NCBI RefSeq assembly: GCF_009914755.1
Contig: NC_060925.1
From: the human T2T-CHM13v2.0 reference genome, Homo sapiens
DNA: 64,000 nucleotides
Reading direction: 5' to 3' (one strand)
Of this stretch, positions 54,651 through 64,000 are shown in pieces. A program made the position numbers and the translations under genes. Each line of letters starts with the position of its first letter. The stretch's first letter is position 1. Under the pieces are notes generated by a model. That model ran no database searches. It saw only the letters and a list, made by a program, of their open reading frames with translations, and was not told the origin of the DNA.

Positions 54651-54791
54651 TAATCATTCTCCTGCAACTCCTCCATGCTATTCATGTTAAATTAAATTTT
54701 ATATGTCTTTTCTTCTATTAATTTTCTTTTTGTTAGTTGATTTTCAGCAAACCATCAAAGGGAAAGCGGGTATTTTTCTTTGACCCCTGCA
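54651..54791 (+). mobile_element. MER34/MER39-like 5' LTR remnant (R/U5)
   Basis: taatcattctcctg (shared with the 3' LTR at ~63270)...gttgattttcagcaaaccatcaaaggg...tgacccctgca. Confidence 0.7.
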
Positions 54792-54795
54792 GTTT

Positions 54796-54813
54796 TGTTG
54801 CTGTGAGCAGGAT
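54796..54813 (+). other. Primer-binding site complementary to tRNA-Ser(CGA)
   Basis: tgttgctgtgagcaggat vs expected tggcgctgtgagcaggat (16/18), 4 nt after the LTR end. Confidence 0.7.
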
Positions 54814-55944
54814 AATCAAAACTGCTCTAGTCTGCTGCAAGTCAAAATTAAGGAAATCAAGGACCTGACAAATTAATAGAAGAGAAAGAATCTCTTACCA
54901 GTCAGGATCCTGGTCTGTTTCTGTGGAATCTGGTTGAGTGAATGGTAAAAAAAAATCTCTGTTTGTCTTCTTTTCCTCTCTAAAATGTTGATTAATGGGA
55001 GAAAAACATTTACACAGGCTATCTTCAGGTGCAGCAGTATAAATGTTTATAATGTCTGACCCTATTCCTCCCAGAAACAGTCTTTTTTTGTTCCTTCGTG
55101 ACTGTCTTCCTGTGTCATTTTGTCATAAAAAGGGATACCATAGACCCTAATATGAAAGCTAGATGAGATTCCTCTCTAGTCTTGTTTATGTCCTGGAGAG
55201 CTTGACTTGTGACAAAGTAAGAACACTCTTGGACTCACTATCTGGGGGATATAATTTTTGGTCACTTCTGGTGACTAGTCTGAAAAGATTGGAAACTCTG
55301 AAACACCTAAGATCTTAAGCATCTCACTCTGTTTCAAATGTGCAAAGCCCTCAGGGGTATTTGTCTTAATAATTTCTCTCCATAAAGGGCTTTTGTTGTC
55401 TTAAGTCTTGTTGCCTGGTTAATCTTAGGATAACTATATCCCAGGAGGACCTATTCAGTGTTCTGGATTCATGGGTCTGTGATTGGGAGCCAGCATTCCT
55501 TTGTGGAATGCAGGACTCTTTCTATGTGCAAACACCACTCTTAACTATTTGTGGCTACAAGAGTATTTTGCTATCTTAATCTACTTGTGGAAGTGAATTT
55601 TTTGGGGTATGGGAGGCTGCATCTTTTGTGCCCATTTAAAAAATGTTCCTTTTGTCCATTGTATTCTGAATCTGGAACGTTACCTTTGGGACTTCCCATG
55701 AAAAAGTCTTATTGGCTTAGGTCACCTACATAAGGAATAAATTGTGTTTTAATAAAGAACATTTTTAAAAGAGCTCTTGTTCTAAACAGCTATCTTATTG
55801 GTACCTATGAATAGATACAAAAGGGAAATAGCCTTAGAAATTCACTTGGCAAGACTTTTGAAAGAGAAAAAAGAAATCAGATTTAAACCTAAATCTCGAA
55901 CTTCTTGCTTTGGAACCCCTGAATGATTTACAAAGAATATACTC

Positions 55945-56019
55945 CAGCATGCAGTCTAGTGGTTAGGATTCCACAGTTTTACTACTGAAGCCTATGTTTG
56001 ATTTTTGGTGAAGAAACCA
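55945..56019 (+). pseudogene. Decayed tRNA-Glu copy including CCA, inside the ERV internal region
   Basis: Ungapped 75-nt alignment to tRNA-Glu with an 18-nt exact block gtctagtggttaggattc and 3' aacca; many mismatches are C>T/G>A. Confidence 0.75.
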
Positions 56020-59000
56020 GTCCTTTAGAGATGCAAATCCTTTAACTCGGGGGGTGGGTGGAAGTGTATAAAAATTAGTTTGATATTTGTGTGACTTGTT
56101 TTTTTTTGTGAACCTATTTGTTATTGATCCTTTTCCCTTTCATGGACAGCTACTGTTTTTTTGTCATACTTCTTTGTGAACTGAGAACTTGGTTTGGCTT
56201 ACTTCCTGTTGGGGGAATGCAAGTTATCATGTTTGCTTGTGTAGAAACACAACCAAAAGCTTGAAGACATCATTAAAAAAAAATCAAGATGGCCTGACAA
56301 AACATTAGTTGGACCTCATTTGCAGCTAGCATACTGACTATTGCCAGTCTTAAGAAGTTAATCTAAGTCTCCTTTTTCTCTTAGTTGTCTTTGGGGAGTG
56401 GGTCTAGATTTTGTGAGGACAGCTTCTTTATACCTCTTTAAGGACAACTTATGAATTGTTGGTTAAGTCAAAAAAAAGCTTATTGGTTTCTGTTTTTATT
56501 TGAGAAGCTTTTTTGGTTGCTTGTTTTTTTTAATGAGCTTTATGTTCAAAATTTGGCTTAATTAAAAGCTGATATTTAAGCTAAATATATTTTTAAAGAC
56601 CTATTTGCTTTTTCTCTTTTGGATCTTATTTCTTCCCTGAGTATTTTTTTTTCAGTCAAATGAATCCCTTTTTTAAGCATTGATGTTCCATTTCTTTGTT
56701 GCTTCCTTCCTTGTTGGCATAACTTTTGTTGAGAAAAATGTAAAACCTCATTGACCTTATTGGGAAGTTTAAAATCTCCTCAAATTGTCTTCTCTAATAC
56801 TTATTCTACAATTTATTCTACTATGCCTTCCTTTTTTGCTACCTTTGATATCTCATGAAGAAATCTAAAAGGGACTTCTAGAAGCACTGAAACCCCTTGA
56901 GGAACACAAAGTAAAGGTGTCACACACCCTCTTTTGAGGGACGTTTCTGTCTTCCTCATGAAGCCCCAAGATTCAGGGGCAGGTTCTCCTGAGGCCTAAA
57001 GCTCTGATCTGTTTTGCATTGAGTTCCCTGATTTCTTGGGCTTTTGGGGGTTAACAGGAATTACTACATACTGTGAGAGAGAACTTGACCTGTTGGTGTG
57101 TAATGGTTGGTGAGTCACTGGAGAGAGGACTGTAATTTTGGAGATGACTGATAGCAGTTGCAATGAATGATTATTACCACAGGATGGTATTCATTTTTTG
57201 TACATTTAGATACTAAAAGCACAGTTTGGATATGTGGGGGCTATGAGAAAACTCACCACTGAAGTATGAGACTTCTATGGTTGATGGGCTAATCACAAAG
57301 CAGGCTGATTGAAATCAGATTGCTTCCTAGCCTTGGGAGAATGTTCGTACAGAGAAGGGCACTGTGGAAGCATTGCACAGCCTAGCTGAGCGACATTTCT
57401 CTTGAGCATTTGTTTCAACTCTGGTTAATACAGGAGTTAGTGCAAAAATTAGATTCTTGATTTCTGTGGATCTAGGTGCTCTGCCTTCCAGCTGCACCCG
57501 CTTTTCATATATATAAAGAGTAGGCCCTGGAAACTACAAATGCTTTGTTGGCATTATTCATTGATGGGCTTTGCCCTGACCTCAGTGGTCTAGTTGAAAA
57601 TGAAGACTAAATTGGAAACTATTTACGTAACTAAAAATTGGTCTCTTTATGGAATCCTGTGTTTAATCTCTATTATTTCTGAATTACCTTGACATCAATT
57701 TTTAGTCTTTCTCTAACATGCTCAAATTTATCCTTGAAATAGCTTAAATATTCTCTCTGTGCTCTGAGATGTAATTTGTTACCCTCTTTTATCTGAAACT
57801 TGATAAAGGTTTTGGCCATGGGGGACAGATAGACTAACTTTTTCATTTACGGAGACACGGTTTAATCCAACTACCCTTTTAAACTTGTGAATTTTACCTG
57901 TCTCATGGAAAAAAAATTAAATCAAAGTTATATACTATTTATGCTTGTCTTTACTTCTATGTATATATGTGTACATGTCTTTGTATTTTGTGTTTGTGGT
58001 AACAAATTAACTTATAAATAAATGAGTATTCATAAATTGAATAACTAACCCAAATGCTTTTCAAGTTCACATGACTTTAGTAATATTTGATAAATAAACT
58101 AGTTTTAAAATTGTTGGTAAAATAAATTAAAAATGTCTTCAGAATTTTAGACATTTTTGCCTAGGTATACTGGTCAGACAAAATTTATACTATCTCTACT
58201 CTATGTTTTTCTGTCATAAAACTGTTCCTTCTCTGATATTTTTGATACTTCCTTGACCTATCTTTGAGGATATGTCTTATTTTGAGCCTGTAGATTCTGA
58301 TTTCTAGACATGTGGCCATGACAAGGCCTCCACACATACATGTGTTTATAGTATCTGCACCAAGAGATGCAGGGCAGGCCCAAGCTCAACATTTACCAAT
58401 CCTCCCTGGTCCAGCTCTGCCTCCTGGCCATGCTGGGAGGTGTTGATTCTTCAGACATTGTCTTCAAGTTCTTTCCTCTATCTTTGGCTCTGCATCTAGT
58501 ACGTAACAATTAAAACTGATTACTTCCTAGGTTTTTCACCGAAAATTATGATTAAAATAGAGTTAAAATTATAATCAACAGATGTTATTAAAACTAATAG
58601 ATATAAACAAACAATTATGTATACAGGGTATATTAAAAAGGATATATTTTTTATAAGGAAGGTTATACAAAAGATATAAAGTTTTGGCTTTTGTTAAAGG
58701 AAAATTAATTTTGTCCAGATTAGAGGTTTCAAATTGCTGTTTCAGAGAAATAAAAATAATGTAGATAGAACTAAATAGTTCCAGAAAGTAAAAGGAAAAG
58801 AGTATTTCAAAGTTTAGTGTTGTTAAACTGACCAAAATTTAATAAATTTATCATATAGATTTTAAAATTGAACCTTAACATACACTAATGCAAAGTTAGA
58901 ATTTGATTTTCTCTTTTGAACCAGATTTTTGTGTAAATATTAACACAATAGTAAAGATTTCTTATTTAACTTTTGAGTAAACTGCAAATAAAAAGAAAGA

Positions 59001-61307
59001 GAAAAAAGGAGAAAAGGAAATATAGATTTTATATTAGTAATGCTACCCTTGTTAGGTCTATAATTATTTAGGCAACTATCTCCTCCTTATCAAAGAGTAA
59101 AGTTTTTGAAATATTTTCATTATTACCTTGGCTAAAATACTATTATTTTATAATTATTTTATTTTGATCAAGTGTTTTACACCTTTGATGTATTTGACAT
59201 ACTGCCCAATATCAAATTTCACATTATAAATTAAGTCTATTGACATCAAACTAACTTTTGGACCTTCCAAAAGGGACCTTGGAAGTCCAGGAAAAGTATT
59301 TTAGGCTAATCTGACATGTTAAATTATACAGAAAGAATATTCAAAAAGGGAATTATGTTTAAATGTTTTTTGAGTCATATTTGTATAAATGTATTAACAT
59401 ATGTTACAAATTTATATGAGAGTCTTAAGTAGCTGATACGTTCAGAAATGTGACATAGGTAAAAAGTTATGGCAATTCCGTAAAATTGCTATAGACCACA
59501 GAAGATAACCAAATTCTGTTATCAATCCCATCATTATTATAAACTCTTATGAGCTCTTTCACTGTGACCATTCTAAGTGTTGCTGTCCACAGTTCATTGC
59601 CTTCTTTTTAAGCTTCATCTAAAGCATCTTTGCAATAAACTGTAATCCTAAATATTGTATCTTCAAAGAGATTCCTTTAAATAATAAAAAGACTGACAGT
59701 TACTCTGAAATACAGACCTCTGTTGATGATTTTGGGATTATTCAATTAGACTATGTAAGAATTTCAAAAATTCCAATGGAGAGTAAAAACTGGACTCATA
59801 AATTTGGTCACATAACATCAAGCAGAACAAATATTAATTACATGTGAGTGAATTGGTAGAGGACTGAAATAATTTCTTATTTTACTTTGATTTGAAACAT
59901 TGCTGATTTGTTTGTTTCTCAGTAAAGAAAACTTTTTCTTAAAAAGCTACTTATAGCTTACAGCAGTTGGGCAAAGTATGCTTTTGTGAGCATAATTGAA
60001 ACATTTATCTTTCTCTTTACGTAATCCCCCAGAATTTAGCAATTATTCCTGAGTGTTCTTATTTTATAGCAATATAGTTATTTGCATAAGTTCAGTAAGA
60101 ATCTGTACACTTTTGTGGCAAGACACAATTGAAATCACACGTTACTTTACTGAGGCTTTGACTGAAATGACACATTTTCTGATATGACCACGTTTTTTTG
60201 AGTAATTGAAGTTGACCTTTCATGGAGCCAATACAAAGACTCTTGGAAAAACTTGTCTGGTACCTTGTTAATGTGGTTCCCTTACCAGGTTCCTGACTTT
60301 GCAGTAAGTAAACGATGTCAATTTCTCACATATCTCAAGATATTTTGGGGGCCTCGAGAAGAGAGGAACTCACCCAATATACACAAGTGTCATAGATACA
60401 GACTTTGCCTTGGCTCTTAAGCCTCAGGAGAATTTTAAAAATCGAATCTGAAATTTCTTATGAAAAAATCTCAGTAAATTCAACTTAAAAAGTACCTATA
60501 TGGCCAATCACTATTTTTACTGAACTTTATGCAAATAATAAGCCCAAGTATAATAAGATTAAAATATATTTTGCAAATAAATTGCTCTCACCATGATTTA
60601 TCTTCAATAGAGATAGGGAACTGAAGAGAAAAAAAAATATTTCATGAAGAAAACCTGTAGTATGACTGTTACTAGATTCTGGCACTGCCCATTTGTTTTT
60701 GAGATTTTTTTATTATCTGGACTGAATCTTAAACTTTTAATTCCCTAAAATATATGACTATGACTCTCCAGACTCACATCTCCAATTATTTTTCCCACTC
60801 TTTTCATTTAAAATTATTAGAAATTAAATGTGCTTTTCTTAAGATTCTACAAACTGAAGCTAGAAAACTTGATATAAACATGGAGAGAAATCACTATAGC
60901 AACTTCTATATGAAGAGCCTGTTGATGTATGAACTACTTAGAAAGTGCGCCAGAATACCTGATTTGAACCAGAATCCAGAAGTCTGTCAGATTACCACTT
61001 CCTGCTCACTCTAAGTGAAGATGCCTCAAAGACTCCCCCAAAAAACCGATTTATAGACTACTCCAAACATTAGCTTTGTTTTTCTTCTATTTCCATAGAA
61101 ATGCTTTTTATTAAAAATCTGTTTTTCTGGGTTATATATAGGGTCCTACTTTTGAGATCTTATCTGCCATTTTATTTCCTGATGAGACACAATTGTTTAA
61201 TTGGACTGGCTTATTCCCAGAAATGGGAGAGTCATTTAATCACATCCTTTGTCATTCAGATATTTACTTAATTTTTCTCCCCACGGACACTAATTCAGCT
61301 TTTAATG

Positions 61308-61836
61308 TATTAAAAAGTATCATTGAAATCCACAGAGGAACAAGGAGAAGCTTATTTCCTATTAAAAAAAAAATCTGCCGATTGGAAAGGCACAACTTCA
61401 GTATAAGTGAAAGTCTACTCTCTGATGAACAAAGGTAGAGTGTGGCTTAAATAAGGAAAGTTCTTGCCCAGGTTCTTAATCAGGTCTATTTATGCAAATG
61501 AAAGAAACAAACTTGTTCAGTTCTGACTGGTCAATAAATTTTGAGCCCTGATTATATGGTTTCCATACCCAAAGGAGAAGTCTCCATCAGATGTTTCTTG
61601 CAAATGGCCAGTGGGTGGTTGAGGAGGCTCGGGCCACAGTTGATCTTGGCACCAACAACAGGAACTGGTTTGATTTGGTTGTAGAAAAGGGGGTTCAATG
61701 ACACTTTCACAACATTCTTCTGAGAACACAGAGTGTATGACCCCTCTCTCGCCCAGCCATGGATGTTTCGTTCTGTTTTAAGTTTGAGCACCACAGTGAG
61801 TATATTTTGTCTGTCACCTTGGGGCATTCTTTCACA
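61308..61836 (-). mobile_element. ERV1 solo LTR (MER4-group) inserted near the 3' end of the internal region
   Basis: 4-bp TSD aatg (61304-61307, 61837-61840); ends ...ctttcaca; octamer atgcaaat at 61492. Confidence 0.65.
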
Positions 61837-62114
61837 AATGAAATTTCTAGGAAAGTTTTAGAAATGAAAAATGTTCGGGGTCAGAAAGCAACACCACAAA
61901 GACTGGCTCTTTGATATGAGTAGAGGCTTTAAAAGCTGCCGAACACTCAAGGTGCCTCTAACCTTCTCTTGCGGCCAGGGAGGCAATCACACAGAGGAGG
62001 AATCACTCTGGCATTTGCTTATCTGACCATGGAAGCTTCTTTTCAAAAACAACACAATTACTGTTCATCACCTCCCTCAAATCTCATCTTCTATCACAGA
62101 AAAAAAGACTGAGG

Positions 62115-63050
62115 GGCCAGGTGTGGTGGCTCATGCCTGTAACCTTATTACCCAAAAGGGGTCCAGATCCAGATCCCAAGAGAGGGTTCTTGGATTTGGC
62201 ACAACAAAGAAATTGGGCCCAGTCCAAAGTATGAAGTGAGGGCAAGTTTATAAAGTAAAAAACCCAAAGAATGGCTACTACATAGAGCAGCAATGACGGC
62301 TGCTGGTTGGCTATTTTTAATGGTTGTTTCTTAATTATGTGCTGAACAAGTGGTAGATTATTTATGAGTTTTCTGGAAAAGGCGTGGGCAATTCCCAGAA
62401 CTGAGGATTCTTCCCCATATTAGACCATATAGCATAACTTCTGGACATTGCCAGGGCATTTGTAAACTGTCATGTCACTGGAGGCACTGTCTTTTAGCAT
62501 ATTAATGTATTATAACTAGTAAACAATGAGCGGTGAGAGTGATGAGCAGAGGTCACTTTCATCACCATCTTGGTTTTGGTGGGTTTTGATTAGCTTCTTG
62601 ATTGCATTCTGTTTTATCACCAGGGTCTTTATGATTATATCTTGTGCTGACCGCCTATTTATAATGTGACTAGCAATGCCTAACTTCCTAGGAATGCAGC
62701 CTAGTAGGTCTCAGCCTTATTTTATCCATCCCCTATTTAAGAAAAGTTGCCCTGGTTCAAACGCCTCTGATAATCTCAGCACTTTGGGAGGATTGAGGTG
62801 AGCAGATCACTTGAGCCCAGGAGTTTCAGACTAGCCTGGGCAACATGATGAAACTCCATTTCTACAAAACAAAATAAAACAAACAAAAACACCTGGGCAT
62901 GATGGTGTGCACCTGCAGTTTCAGGTACTCAGGAGGCTGAGGCAAGAGGATTGCTTGAGCCTGGAGGTAAAGGCTGGAGTGAGAAATGATTGTGCCATTG
63001 CACTCCAGTCTGGATGACAGAGTGAGACTCTGTCTCAAAAAAGAAACAAA
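62115..63050 (+). mobile_element. AluJ split by MER41 (62115-62145 and 62773-63050)
   Basis: ggccaggtgtggtggctcatgcctgta|...|atctcagcactttgggagg; AluJ-type gatcacttgagcccaggag and gaggattgcttgagcc. Confidence 0.93.
62146..62772 (-). mobile_element. MER41B-like ERV1 solo LTR
   Basis: tattacccaaaaggggtccagatccagatcccaagagagggttcttgg...ctggttcaaacgcctctgata, 627 bp; TSD acct/atct. Confidence 0.9.
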
Positions 63051-64000
63051 GTATAGTGACGAATGCAACCACACCTGGAAGTGCCTTTAAACAAAACAAT
63101 GCCTGTCTCTCATTCAAGTTCCAGTAAGAATCATTTACAAGTTAATTTCTGTCTCTTCACTTATCCTAATAATCATTTGCTGGCCCTTAAAATAATTGCC
63201 TCCATTCCCATCTCCCTCTTCCCTTTGAAAGCGGGTATATAAGCTTCTGTTTCCCATTGGGTTATTGGATAATCATTCTCCTGTGGTTTCCCCATGCTAT
63301 GCACACTAAAATAAATTTTGTATGTCTTTTTTATGTGTTAAAAAAATGGAAACAAAGCATTACCATGAAAAGATTAATGTCCATAGCTTAAGTGTCAAAA
63401 ATAAATATGAGAATGAATTAGCAATACATGAAACATGAATATAAACCACCTGAAACAAATGTTCAACAAGAGGATAAATGGGACATGAAACACCCTGTCC
63501 TTAGCCTCAGAGATAGAGACAATAATTGAGGAGATTATGCTTTGTGATCTACTGTGATAAATTCGATTGACAGATTCTAAAGAATTGGCATGGAGCAGAA
63601 ACAAAACTTCTGCTACTACAAGGATAATGAAAACTTTAGATATGGCATTTTAAATTGAATGACCATTGTACACCTTAAAACCAGTTAGGTGTGCTTGAAT
63701 TTATAGTGTATAATATTGTAAAAAATCTAAGAGCATAGTTTCAATTAATCAATACTTTACAGGAAGAGTTTTATGTAAAAACATCTGTTGAATATGTGTG
63801 TTATAAACATTTTTCTTAAGACACAATTGATTTGTATTTAAATTTTGACTGTAACAATGATTTTTAATATTCAATGCAATAAAATCTTATAAAGAAAAGA
63901 GACTAAAAGAGAAAGTTATTTCTGCTTATTAATATTCAAATAACATACTTTTATTCACTTAACTTATTTTTTTCCTTTTTCAAAAGTGATTGCAAGATTC

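Larger units (their letters stand above)
54792..61871 (+). mobile_element. Non-autonomous MER4-group ERV1 internal sequence (no intact ORFs)
   Basis: Bounded by LTR+PBS and a purine-rich tract+LTR; AT-rich non-coding motifs typical of MER4-group internals (aaatgcttttcaagttcacatgactttagtaa; gcaatatagttatttgcataagt; ttgaaacattgctgatt). Confidence 0.8.
61872..63332 (+). mobile_element. MER34/MER39-like 3' LTR (3'-truncated; interrupted by Alu/MER41)
   Basis: tgttcggggtcagaaagcaacaccacaaag start; TATA gggtatataagc ~63233; aataaattttgtatgtctttt ~63310. Confidence 0.7.

Overview
AT-rich, repeat-dense primate (most probably human) intergenic DNA with no intact protein-coding gene. The only cellular-gene-derived sequence is a decayed processed CDK4 pseudogene (13313-14554, +). 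It probably corresponds to CDK4P1 (gene desert on human 1p21; locus assignment from memory, unverified). Its codons 36-112 are replaced by a scrambled filler plus a truncated THE1D/MSTA LTR, and its codon 24 reads TGT, the R24C melanoma-hotspot equivalent. The rest is layered transposon debris: old L1M copies, a 3.5-kb antisense L1PA fragment, nine Alus, MIR/L2 and hAT MERs. It also holds an MLT2/ERVL provirus remnant (gag-pro-pol-dUTPase), a MER52 solo LTR, and a MER34/MER39-like non-autonomous ERV1 with a tRNA-Ser PBS, a captured tRNA-Glu and nested insertions (MER41B inside Alu inside LTR). There is also a tailless 5S rRNA fragment. I found no evidence of a new multi-gene system. The best leads are small: the CDK4 pseudogene features, several templated-insertion scars, L1 inversion structures and possible exapted LTR regulatory motifs. 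Subfamily names were assigned by eye from remembered consensus sequences and need RepeatMasker/Dfam confirmation.
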